From assembly GCA_965198115.1 (NCBI GenBank), contig OZ240241.1, positions 3,040,001 to 3,104,000 of the forward strand: a stretch of DNA of 64,000 nt, given 5' to 3'. The stretch's first letter is position 1. Each line of letters opens with the position of its first letter. Position numbers and translations under genes: made by a program. Of the stretch, positions 51,119 to 61,243 are shown piece after piece. The stretch is from Candidatus Latescibacterota bacterium. Lineage in GTDB: Bacteria; Latescibacterota; UBA2968. The notes beneath the pieces were generated by a model. The model had not been told where the DNA came from. It was given only the letters and a program-made list of their open reading frames with translations, and made no database searches.

Positions 51119-52438
51119 TTGTCCAACCCAGAACACCACACCGTAACGATCGTCGGCGGCGGACCGGCAGGGCTGCCGTTGGCCGTCATCCTCGGGGGCC
51201 TGTGGCCGGTCTACCGCGGAAGCGAGCTGTTCAAACAGCGCTACGGTCCATTCCACGACTTCCTGGCCCGGCACGATGACACACTCCTGGCACTGGATTT
51301 CCGCGAAATCGTCGACAAAGGCATCGCGCCGGTCGACCTGTTTCGGCTTCTCCATCATCCCGGGAAAAAGTTCAGATCTCTCGAGCAGATTGCATACACC
51401 TTCGAGGAGAAAGACCCGCTCGACTATGTCCTCATCACACGAGAAAAAATAGGGGGCCTCTGGAACAACGTTCCTCACAACCTTCTGACCCTTTCTCCGG
51501 GTCAGTGGATGGAATTCGGATTTTACCCCCTTCGACAGTGGGCTGACGAAAACGACATCGACTTCGACGTCAACGCACTCATCGTCAGACACCGCCTCCT
51601 CGATTATTACCACAGCATTCCCGAGCGGTTCGGACTGACCGATCGAATCCGGACACACGAAAACGTCGAAGCGATCGAACCGCACGAACGTGGCTTCCTG
51701 GTCACCACCAAGGAACTCGAAACCGGTGAGCAACGGACCTACACCAGCGAGTTTCTGGTCTACGCTGCGGGCCAACGATGCATCCTCAGAAAGCTGAAGG
51801 CGCCCGGAGCCGATCTGCCCTTCGTCACACACCGCTATGACAGACCGGAGGATTTCCCCGGCCATCGTGCGATGGTCGTCGGGGGTGGTCGATCGGCCGA
51901 TTGGGCGGCAACCGAACTCTTCGACGCAGGAAGAGACGTCACCTACGTTCAGCGACAGTCGGAGGCCCGACATCTTCCCCTGATACGCGACAGCTTTCAC
52001 CTGCCGTATTACGTACGCATTGCGGAAATAATGCAGACACCCTCCGAACGCTGGCGTCTGCATTACGAAACCCAAATCATTCGCATCGAGCAGAACGAAT
52101 CGAGGGGACGCGTTCACCTCCGCACGAAGGGCGAGGAACGCACGGTCGACGTCGACCACGTCATCCTCGAAATCGGGGGCATCGCCGACTACAGTCTGTT
52201 CCACGGTTTTCCCGAATTGAGCCTGCTCGACAAATACGACGACTATCGTTTCCAGTTGAAGCAGATGCGCGTGCACCCGCACAGCTACGAATCGATCGAC
52301 GTGCCGAATCTCTACGCGGGAGGATACCTGGCGGAGGGGATCGGCCTTGTTATCTACGCGATGCACGGCACGACGTATGCCATCGCCGCAGACATCTTGC
52401 AAAAACAAGGCCTGGTGGAATGCAAAATGCATAAGTGA
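51119..52438 (+). CDS. FAD/NAD(P)-dependent oxidoreductase, OSGIN-like
   Basis: Two Rossmann motifs ([14 protein letters not shown]) and GGLWNNVPHNLLTLSPGQWM. Confidence 0.8.
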   Translation: MSNPEHHTVTIVGGGPAGLPLAVILGGLWPVYRGSELFKQRYGPFHDFLARHDDTLLALDFREIVDKGIAPVDLFRLLHHPGKKFRSLEQIAYTFEEKDPLDYVLITREKIGGLWNNVPHNLLTLSPGQWMEFGFYPLRQWADENDIDFDVNALIVRHRLLDYYHSIPERFGLTDRIRTHENVEAIEPHERGFLVTTKELETGEQRTYTSEFLVYAAGQRCILRKLKAPGADLPFVTHRYDRPEDFPGHRAMVVGGGRSADWAATELFDAGRDVTYVQRQSEARHLPLIRDSFHLPYYVRIAEIMQTPSERWRLHYETQIIRIEQNESRGRVHLRTKGEERTVDVDHVILEIGGIADYSLFHGFPELSLLDKYDDYRFQLKQMRVHPHSYESIDVPNLYAGGYLAEGIGLVIYAMHGTTYAIAADILQKQGLVECKMHK

Positions 52439-53026
52439 AAGTGCAAAACGGTAGACGAGTTTCCTTCTCCCTCCTGCCTTCTGCCTACTCACTCAATTGA
52501 GGTTTTCAATGGCCGAGACAGTTACAATCACCGATGTCCAAACCATTCTCACTCAGCCGGCCGGCTCCCGGCTCATCATAGTAAAGATCCTCACATCGGA
52601 CGATGGACTTTACGGGCTGGGTTGCGCGACGTTTACCCAGCGCTTCAGGGCCGTCCACACCGCGATCGAACAGCACCTCAACCCGTTCCTGATCGGCCGT
52701 GACGTCGACCGGATCGAGGAGACGTGGCAGATGTCGATGGTCAACAGCTATTGGCGGAACGGCCCCGTGCTCAACAACGCCATCTCCGGCGTCGACGAGG
52801 CGCTGTGGGACATCAAGGGCAAACGTGCGGGGATGCCCCTTTACCAACTGTTGGGGGGAAAGTGTCGGGAGGCCGCTGACACGTATGCCCACGCGGGCGG
52901 AAGGGACAAACACGAGGTCGTCGACAGCGTCCTCCATTACAAGGGCAATAACATAGTTGACACACCCACATCTCTGGGATATATTATGGGTGTAACAGGA
53001 ACCTTAACCCGGAGACGAGGGACACG

Positions 53027-53990
53027 ATGCCTACCAACGACGACCCCAAGACCCTGCTCGAAGCCATCCAGTTCTTTGCCGACGAGGACGTTGCCTTTGA
53101 CTTTGTCGTGAAAATGCGCTGGGGTTCCGATGGCCCGGCCTGCCAGCATTGCGGCGAGTGCAACCCGTCCTTCGTCAAGACGCGCCGGGTGTTCAAGTGC
53201 CGTAAGCAACGCAAGCAGTTCTCCGTCCGCGTCGGGACCATCTTCGAGGAATCCAAGATCGGTTTGTCGAAATGGCTTCCGGCGATGTGGATGATTGCGA
53301 ACTGCAAGAACGGCGTCAGTTCCTACGAACTGGGCCGTGCGCTCGGCGTCACACAAAAGTCCGCGTGGTTTATGCTCCACCGTATCCGTCTTGCGATGCA
53401 GGACGATGATCCGGACGACAAATTCGGCGGGCACGTTGAGGTAGATGAAACCTTCATCGGCGGCAAGGCCCGAAACATGCACAAGGATCGAAAAGAGCGA
53501 GTCATCAAAGGTCGTGGCCCTGAAGGCAAGATCGCCGTCATGGGGTTGCTCCAACGTCACGGCGAAGATGATGGATCGAAGGTCCGCACCCGCATCGTCA
53601 GCAACCGAAAGAAGACACAACTCCAGGGGCAAGTCCGCATGAACGTCGAACCGGACTCCAGTGTCTACTCCGACGAACTCGCTTCGTATGAAGGGCTGGA
53701 TGGACGACTTCGCTCATCAGGTCATCAATCACGCTGAGAAGTATGTTGACGGGCTCATCCATACGAACGGTATGGAGAACTTCTGGAGCTTGCTCAAGCG
53801 CGCCCTGAGTGGAACCTATGTCAGCGTCGAACCCTTTCATCTTTTCCGTTACCTCGATGAGCAAAGCTGGAGATTCAACAACCGCAAAGGAACAGACGGT
53901 ATGCGATTCCTGAAGGTCGTAAAGTCGATCATCGACAAGCGCCTCACCTACTCCGAACTGATTGGAGACGAACGGTGGCAGACCGCGTAA
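53027..53990 (+). CDS. IS1595 family transposase (frameshift near 53700)
   Basis: CQHC zinc ribbon, VEVDETFIGG and YSDE, then HTNGMENFWSLLKR...YLDEQSWRFN in the next frame. Confidence 0.9.
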
Positions 53991-54124
53991 CGAAACCCGA
54001 TCATCCCCGGACCGCCGCAGAGGCCCGAAGCGACGACCGTAAAGATGGACGGTCGTCGCTTGACCGTTTGGCGGAACTGACAAAGCGAATCCTCAAAGTG
54101 GACCCGTCCAAGATCGAGAAATGA
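53975..54124 (+). CDS. Small 49-aa IS1595-associated protein
   Basis: GTG start after GGAG. Reads ...LDRLAELTKRILKVDPSKIEK, and its stop overlaps the next ATG (ATGA). Confidence 0.5.
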   Translation: MADRVTKPDHPRTAAEARSDDRKDGRSSLDRLAELTKRILKVDPSKIEK

Positions 54125-54696
54125 TTAACCCAAAACAGCTATCAAATTGGCCTGACGACATAGAAGTAGAAGTTGGGATTGACGCCGTTTCCCGAATGTC
54201 GCCGAAGATAGCAGCTCTCGGGATGCAAGTTATCAGTGCTTGGTCCTATGTACAAATGGAACAGGTGTTAGCCGTAACCCATATGCTGAAGGCCGACTAT
54301 GCCGTAATGGCATCCGTTTTCGAGTCTCTAACGGGAGCTCGACGAATTGCTCTCAGAGCAGCAGCACAAAAAGCACTATCATCGGAAGACTTCAAGCTAT
54401 ACGAACAAGTAGGAAACTCTCTTGATACGGCAGCCAGGCACAGAGACCGATTCGCACATTGGCTCTGGATGTATTCCCCAGACATTCCTGATTCGTTACT
54501 CCTGCAAGATCCGTCTCATTTCTCCAACGCCGAGATTTCATACTCTCAGTTCAGGGCCGATCTGAACAAGGTCGGCCCCTTCATAGTCGATATGGATGCT
54601 GATGAAATTCAATCAGCTATGGATAGGATCAAAGCTCCACAACCAGACCCGATCAACCGGGCGGAGACACAGGTCTACTCCAGAGAACTCATCAAG

Positions 54697-56084
54697 GGTC
54701 AAGTCCCATAGTCAGTTGAAACTCATCGGGCTCCGTGGTATTCATGCTCTCTGCCGAGCATCTTGATTGTCGCCGAGATTCAGGTTGTTTTTCAGTGCTT
54801 GCCTGAGCAGCGGGAGGTGTTTGTATCCGCTCACGCGTCGCAGGCGTGGTTCGATGTCGAGGAGTGCGGCCGCGACCCATCTGTGTCGCTGAGGAGAGTT
54901 GTTCCAGCGGTTGACCTTCCGTATCAGGTTGCCGGTCATGCTGTTGAGCGCCTCGATGCAATTGGTGGTTCGGAAGCTTCGCTTCAAGAACGGGAGCATC
55001 CCCAGCCGGTGGAGGGTCAGGGTTTCCTCCAGTCCTTCCTCGAGGCTTGCCACGGCAGACTGATTCATCAGCTTGAGTTCGGGTTTGAGTGATTCGAGTG
55101 CGGCCTTTGCCTCCTCGTAGGTGTCGCAGTCATAGGCTTTCTGAAGTTTCCGTCGAACTCTTGGACGTTCTGCCTCCGGGAGGTAGCTGACGACGTTCTC
55201 GCGCTTGTGCCACTGACAGCGATGCACGCACACATCCCCTTTGAGGGCTTTGGTGACGGCACTGCGGAGTCCCTTTGAGCCGTCCAGCACAACGAGAAGG
55301 CCCTGGTCGTAGCACAGGCCTCTCCGGATGAGATCCTGGATCAGCTGACGGCAGATCCGTTCGTTCTCCGTCGCCGATTCGACGAAGCCCAGGGGGATCT
55401 TCTGGCCGTCCGTCGTGACGCCCGGAGCGATCACGATCTCTTCGTCGGCAAAGCTCTTTCCGTCGATGAACAGGGCGACCAAGTCGTAGTCGTCGAGCGG
55501 TCGTTCCTGGAACTGCTTCAGCTTCTTTGCGGTGGCTTTGATGAACCGTCGCGAGACGGAGGATGCCGAGATTCCGAACGCTTCGGGTACCGACTCTGCA
55601 CAGGCTCTGTAGTTGCGACAGGAGATTCCCTTGAGCACACGAAGCAGCAGCTTCTCATCCATCGCTCTGGGCCTCTGCATCCCCCGGTATGCGGCCAGAG
55701 AAACCTCCGTATCGGACTCGACGTCGCGCACACGGGGAACGGCCACCGGCAGCTTCTGGTCCATCAGATACACGGACCCTTTCTGGCTTCCCCATCGACG
55801 ATGCGACTGCTCTGAACCCTTACGCGCATACCGAACGCCTGCGAGCTGCTCCACCTCCTGCTGGAGCACGTCGGCAACGGCCTCCAGACCCAGCGGAATC
55901 AGCGCCCGGATCACCGATAAACGCGTCTCCAAATCCATAACGTCTGACCCAACCTTGACTTCGCCATCCCCTGCAAATAGCTTCTCCATCGTGGGCTCCT
56001 TTCTTACGGGTACACGCTCTCACACGTCTACCCACAACGTAAGTTTGGAGCCCTTTAAGTTTCAACTAGGATAGGGACCTCACC
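54697..56084 (-). mobile_element. IS256-family IS (1388 bp), distinct from the 34380 element
   Basis: IRs GGTCAAGTCCCATAGTCAGTTGAAACT / AGTTTCAACTAGGATAGGGACCTCACC. 9-bp TSD CTCATCAAG at 54688-54696 and 56085-56093. Confidence 0.9.
54742..55989 (-). CDS. IS256 family transposase
   Basis: VPRVRD, LFIDG, VLDG, RCQWHK and RTTNCIE motifs. Confidence 0.93.
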   Translation of the reverse strand: MEKLFAGDGEVKVGSDVMDLETRLSVIRALIPLGLEAVADVLQQEVEQLAGVRYARKGSEQSHRRWGSQKGSVYLMDQKLPVAVPRVRDVESDTEVSLAAYRGMQRPRAMDEKLLLRVLKGISCRNYRACAESVPEAFGISASSVSRRFIKATAKKLKQFQERPLDDYDLVALFIDGKSFADEEIVIAPGVTTDGQKIPLGFVESATENERICRQLIQDLIRRGLCYDQGLLVVLDGSKGLRSAVTKALKGDVCVHRCQWHKRENVVSYLPEAERPRVRRKLQKAYDCDTYEEAKAALESLKPELKLMNQSAVASLEEGLEETLTLHRLGMLPFLKRSFRTTNCIEALNSMTGNLIRKVNRWNNSPQRHRWVAAALLDIEPRLRRVSGYKHLPLLRQALKNNLNLGDNQDARQRA

Positions 56085-56131
56085 CTCATCAAGTATCACA
56101 TCAAGAGAGCTTAGGGTTCGCGAATAAATAA

Positions 56132-57515
56132 GGCTCTATCCGGGTTTCTCAACGGTGAAACTATAGAATGACAAGGTCATAGATCGTTCCCTACGCTTGG
56201 TTGTGTGTGTAGGACAATCAAAGCGAAGGGGGTGCGACCTATGACCGGGAGCAGATTACTATCGAAACTGCTGAGATTCAAGGGGTTCCGTGTTGTCAGC
56301 TGGTGGTTTGAGGGGAGGAGCTGTTTCGTCATCGCCGTAAAGCCACATAAGAATGGTTGTTGTTGTCCGGAGTGCGGCCGTCGAGGTAAAATCGTCCGCA
56401 CAATGCCCCATCCGCGTCGGTGGCGTGACATTCCGGTGTGCGGGTGGAGGGTCTGGCTTCTCTACCATCCTCGGGAGATTCGGTGTCCTACCCACGGTCG
56501 TGTGGTCGAGGAGATTCCGTGGGCGGAGCGGTTGCGCTACTGCCAGACCATGACGCAGAAGGCGGCGTCCGAGTTACTGCGCATCTCTGCCTCGACGCTG
56601 TCGGATCTCCTTCACCGATCCATCACGCGGCTTCGTGAAGGTCATCGTATCCGAGGGCTCAAAACCATCGGGATCGACGAGATCTCCTACGCCAAGCGTC
56701 ACAGGTACGCCACGCTCGTTTACGATCTGGACCGCTCCTGCGTGGTGTGGGTTGGCCGCGGCAGGGCGCGTAAAACGATCGATCGGTTCTTCACAGAGGC
56801 TCTCAGTCCCTACCGGAGATCCAAGATCGAGTGGGCCTGCTGCGACATGAGCGAAGCTTACATCGGAGCCATCCAGGAACACTGTCCGAATGCCAAGCTG
56901 GTCCTCGATCGCTTTCACATCGTCAAGGCTCTCAATGCCGCCGTTGACGAGGTCCGTAAGGACCAGTGGCGTAAAGCTGCCCCGGATGAGCGCAAAGCCA
57001 TGAAGGGCCTCCGATGGCTCCTCTACCGGCACTCAGCGACACGCTCCAGAGGGGATACTCGGACACTCAAAGCACTGGAGAAGGCGAACTACCGAATCTA
57101 TAGAGCCTGGAGACTCAAGGACGAGTTCGAGCAGTTCTGGGAATACAAAGCGCCCTGGGCTGCCGAACGCTTCCTGAAATGCTGGACGACGTCCGCACTC
57201 AGAAGTCGACTTGAACCCCTGCGAAAGTTCGTCAGGACCCTGCGACAGCACTTCTTCGGCGTCCTCGCATTCGTGAACACGCGTCTTACCAACGCCATCG
57301 CCGAAGGCCTCAACCGAATCGTCCAAATCGTCAAGAACCGAGCCAGCGGATTCCGCACACTCGACGCATTCAACGATATGATCTTCCTTACCGTCGGAGA
57401 CATAAACATCCCTGAGCAGATTCCGAAGAGGTTCCGCACACTCTAACCGCGCCCCCATGCCAGGAACCACGGCACCTTCACCCACTTCATCTCGTTGAGA
57501 GATCCAGATATAGCC
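56132..57515 (+). mobile_element. ISL3-family IS, copy 3 (1384 bp; 36-bp in-frame deletion), inserted in the ISAzo13 terminal IR
   Basis: Same IRs as copy 1. 8-bp TSD ATAAATAA at 56124-56131 and 57516-57523. Transposase 56241-57446 lacks FSRVTYRFEYAM. Confidence 0.95.
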
Positions 57516-57533
57516 ATAAATAAACGGTCGATC

Positions 57534-58742
57534 TCAATGTTGAGCCATTGGCCGGATCGTGTAGTTCCAGTCGCCGTGGAAATCGTGCGGAGTGAGATCG
57601 ATTTGGGTCATCTGTTCATCGGTCACCTTGACCCCGTTAGGGTAGGGTCGCTTGTCGATCTCGGAGCGTACTCGGAGACCGGCTTGAGTGGTCGTTCCGG
57701 CAATGAGATTCACGGTTGCAGCCAGGCTGACCAGGGGCTTGCCTCGCCAGTTCATAGCGATGAAGGAGAACAGGCGATGTTCGATCTTGTTCCACTTACT
57801 AGTGCCAGGAGGGTAGTGGCATACGGTGATCGTCAGGCCAGTGCGATTCGCAAAGCGCTGCAGCTCCCACTTCCACAGCCGCGTCTTGGCGCCGTTGCTG
57901 CCGCCTGCGTCCGCCGTGATTAGCAGATGCGTCGAAGTGCCGTAGGCGGGCCGTCCCATGTTCTTCCACCAACTTCGGATCGCATTCACGGCGAAGCTGG
58001 CCGTGTCGTGATCGATACCGACACTTACCCAGCCTTCATCACGGCTCAGATCATACACTCCATAAGGGATCGCCTTGCCCTGAGCAGGCACTATGAAATC
58101 GTGTACCTTCACACGCTCCGGGTCTCCCTTGGGTCGCCATTCTCGGCCAGGATTCTTGAAGTCGCCGATCAACTCTTTCTTCTTGGTGTCCACCGAGATA
58201 ACGGGAAGGCCCTGCTGCTGCTGCTGGCTAATCCGATCATCGAGGTAAACGAACTGAGCGTCCCGATCCGGGTGTGCAGATCCCTCCCTTGTCTTCCGAT
58301 TCGCCTGCAGCGTGTAATCGTGTTCGTGCAGGAGATTGGCAACGATCCTGGGGCTCACCGAATGCCCCATCGCTTGCAACTCGGCGGCCAGTTTGCGAGT
58401 GCTCTTCGATGTCCATCTCAGAGGATTGTCGTCAGGCGACCCCGCAGTCGTTGGCTCGACCAGATCATTCAGGTCCTGCCACAGCGTCGGGTCCGTGTCG
58501 GCCTTCCGCTTACGACCGCCGCCTGGACGCCGGATGCGAGCCGGGTCCAAAGGTTCGTCCGACCTCAACTCCTGAATGCCACGAAAGATCCGCTCTCTGG
58601 ACATTCCTGTCGCCAGAGCCACAATCGCGATCCCACCGTGACCCAACGCTTCGGCTTCCGTGGCGGCCCACAGACGACGCGTGCGTTCCGTCAGCACCGG
58701 AGCCAAGGCTTCATACTTCGTTCGGAGAGTTTCGACGTCCAC
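57534..58742 (-). CDS. ISAzo13 family transposase
   Basis: ISVDTKKKELIG, HDT, TADAGGSNG, PPGTSKWNKIEHRLFS and FHGDWNY motifs. Confidence 0.93.
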   Translation of the reverse strand: MDVETLRTKYEALAPVLTERTRRLWAATEAEALGHGGIAIVALATGMSRERIFRGIQELRSDEPLDPARIRRPGGGRKRKADTDPTLWQDLNDLVEPTTAGSPDDNPLRWTSKSTRKLAAELQAMGHSVSPRIVANLLHEHDYTLQANRKTREGSAHPDRDAQFVYLDDRISQQQQQGLPVISVDTKKKELIGDFKNPGREWRPKGDPERVKVHDFIVPAQGKAIPYGVYDLSRDEGWVSVGIDHDTASFAVNAIRSWWKNMGRPAYGTSTHLLITADAGGSNGAKTRLWKWELQRFANRTGLTITVCHYPPGTSKWNKIEHRLFSFIAMNWRGKPLVSLAATVNLIAGTTTQAGLRVRSEIDKRPYPNGVKVTDEQMTQIDLTPHDFHGDWNYTIRPMAQH

Positions 58743-59888
58743 ACTCCGAGCGTAAGATCATTACCTTGAAAAGTGCAGCACTTATTTCGTGGCAAACCCT
58801 TATCTGGCTCAGCAGCTTGTTCGCCGTCTTCGCTGGCTTTCTGAGGGGCAACCATCGTATATAGCTGATCAAGTACGCCAAGACATACCGGCTCTGCTAC
58901 ATGCCGCGCACCATTTCGGTATTCAGGGCAATAGTAGCGAATGCAGTTAATAACCTCCTCCTCTATCACCTCAAGTAACTTCTCCGTCTTTATTGTGATC
59001 ATGTCTGGTATCGGCCTGTCCTTCTGAGTATAGCCCATTTCGGGTGTGCTTTCTATATTATTACCATTACAAGGAACAAGGCTACCGACACATCCGGATT
59101 CAGATGGGCGGCTATGGGGGCCAATCGGACTCTATACAGAAACCTGAAGGTTCACCCGAAGGGGCTTACTACCATCCACGCGAATATTGTCGGCTGATGG
59201 TCGATATGATCGAACACGTCCGAGCAGAGGTCGGCCCCGAAATCGAACTTCTTCACGACATTCACGAACGGCTTCGACCGATCGACGCCGTCCAGTTTGC
59301 CAAGGACCTCGAACCCTACAAGCTCTTCTTCCTCGAGGACGCACTCGCCCCTGAAGACATCGAGTGGTTCCGGAACATCCGTGAACAGTGTGCGACGCCA
59401 CAGGCGATGGGCGAACTGTTCAACCATCCACGTGAATGGACCCCGCTGATCGAGAACCGGCTGATCGATTTCATTCGAATGCACGTCAGTCAGATGGGAG
59501 GGATCACGCCGGCACGCAGCGTGGCGTCCTTCGCGAACATATATAATGTTCGCACCGCGTGGCACGGCCCGGGCGATACGTCCCCCGTCGGGCACGCCGC
59601 CAACCTGCACCTCGATCTGTGGGCACCCAACTTTGGCATCCAGGAATGGTGCCGATTCAACGACCTGTGCTACGAAATGTTTCCCGGGTTACCCGAAGTC
59701 AGGTCGGGCTATATGTATCCGAACGATCGGCCCGGGCTCGGGATCGACATCGACGAAGATCTCGCAGCAAAGCATCCCTGCACCGATGAAGTCATCCAAT
59801 GGACGCAGACGCGAGCCCCCGACGGGTCGCCATGCGACCTTGACATTGAGTATCGAAAATCGAGCATCCTCAAACCCCGAGGCGCTGA

Positions 59889-60724
59889 ATGCCCTTGCCT
59901 GGAACGATACCCAGAAGATCATCGATCTGACGCCCCAAAACCCCTACGAGCGCTTCGACGACGGTCGTCCCAAGGTTCCAGACGACATCATCGGGCGAAT
60001 GAAGCACGTGACCTCGGAAGAAGCGTGGGGCGTCCTCAACAGTAGTGACTATCAACTCGCTTTCGAAGGCGACTGGCAGATCCTCCATCCCGACCAGATC
60101 CTCGTCGGGCGCGCCGTTACCTGTCGGTATGTGCCCACACGGCCCGACCTGAACGAGGTCATCCAGGCCATGGGAGCCCAGGAGGGGCGGATCGGGGGCC
60201 AGAACTCCTGGGCCATCGACACGCTTCTACCGAACGATGTGATCGTCGTCGACCTGTTCGGCAAGATCGTCTGGGGCACCTTCGCTGGAGACAACCTCGC
60301 GACGGCGATCGCGTCCAACACCGACGGTGGCGGCATGGTCGTCTACGGCGGCATGCGTGACTACCAACGCGTCGTAGAACTCGAGAACTTCAACGGCTTC
60401 ATCAAGGGACTCGACCCCACACCTATCCGAGACGTCACCCTCGTCGAGATCAACGTCCCCGTCCGCATCGGTGACGCGACGTGTTTGCCCGGTGACGTTG
60501 TTCTCGGCACACCCACCGGGGTCACTTTTATTCCACCGCATCTTGCCGAGGCGGTTGTCGAACGGTCCGAAAGTGTACGTCTCCGCGATTACTTCGGGCA
60601 GATGCGGATACGTGAAGGTATCTACACACCGGGCGAGGTCGATCGTAAATGGTCGGAAGAGATGGAAGAGGATTTCGAGGAATGGGGTGAGACGCACAAT
60701 CTGGAGACAGAGGGGTTGATATAG
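59889..60724 (+). CDS. RraA/HMG-aldolase family protein
   Basis: DGRPKVPD, LVGRAVT, GDNLAT, GGMRD and PGDVVLG motifs. Start obscured by a probable 1-nt deletion near 59897. Confidence 0.82.
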
Positions 60725-60764
60725 TCTGTTAACAGACCACGTTCAGGGACGTTAATGCGGTGGC

Positions 60765-60818
60765 CCTCACCCGTCTGGACGGGAGTCCAGACACCCTCTC
60801 CCGCTTGCGGGAGAGGGG
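60765..60818. repeat. REP-like palindrome next to the DUF559 gene
   Basis: CCCTCACCC...TCTGGAC/GTCCAGA...CCCTCTCCCGC-TT-GCGGGAGAGGG. Confidence 0.6.
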
Positions 60819-60827
60819 TTTCGGGCA

Positions 60828-61243
60828 ATGGCTTTTATGGATATGCGAGCACCGAAAGTAATACGGGAGCGGGCGATTGAGCTCAGGCAACGCTCCACGG
60901 CCGCAGAAAGTGTCCTGTGGCAGCGATTGCGGAATAGGAAGGCCGGAGGTCTCAAGTTCCGTAGACAGCACCCGATCGGCCGTTACATCGTGGACTTCTA
61001 TTGCGCGGAGGCGCGTCTTGTCGTTGAGGTGGACGGCCCGGTGCATCGTCGTCAGAGGGAATATGATCGAACGCGTACGAAAACCTGGAATCACGCGGCT
61101 ACAAGGTCATCCGCTACACCAACGAGGAAGTGCTGAACGAAACCACCAGTGTTGTGGAGAGGATTGTGAAAGTAGCGATCTCCCGTCAAACGGGAGATCC
61201 TGTTCAGGGTGAGGGCCAGGGAGAAACCGATGAACGACGTTAA
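60828..61243 (+). CDS. DUF559 (Vsr-like PD-(D/E)xK) endonuclease, frameshift near 61080
   Basis: ESVLWQRLR, KFRRQHPIGRYIVDFYC and VEVDG, then LESRGYKVIRYTNEEV in the next frame. Confidence 0.85.

Larger units (their letters stand above)
56114..58799 (-). mobile_element. ISAzo13-family IS (1294 bp without the nested ISL3)
   Basis: IRs GGGTTCGCGAATAAATAA / TTATTTCGTGGCAAACCC. 3-bp TSD TTA at 56111-56113 and 58800-58802. Confidence 0.88.
54121..58950 (+). pseudogene. IS1595 passenger gene (247 aa reconstructed) with HEPN-like RxxxxH motif, interrupted by IS256 and ISAzo13
   Basis: 54121-54696 + 56094-56113 + 58803-58950 form one open frame. Motif RDRFAH. Confidence 0.7.
52944..59065 (+). mobile_element. 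IS1595-family element with passenger genes (about 2036 bp without nested IS)
   Basis: IRs GGCAATAACATAGTTGACACACCC / GGGTGTGCTTTCTATATTATTACC. 8-bp TSD ATTACAAG at 52936-52943 and 59066-59073. Confidence 0.9.
52509..59843 (+). pseudogene. Enolase-superfamily sugar-acid dehydratase (ManD/RspA group) interrupted by an IS1595 element
   Basis: 5' part 52509-52943 (GCATF, YWRNGP, WDIKGK) rejoins the 3' part from 59074 in frame as VLHYK-EQGYRHIR (LLHDIHER, FLED, AMGELF, WHGP). Confidence 0.92.

Noticed and set aside
50081-52492. 803-aa minus-strand ORF (likewise 9468-10712, 38160-39443, 42456-44012)
   Set aside because: Antisense shadows of well-supported genes in GC-rich DNA, with no recognisable motifs.
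52497-53111. 204-aa ORF as an intact gene (also 59044-60045 and 22812-23726)
   Set aside because: These are chimeric read-throughs across IS junctions or frameshifts.
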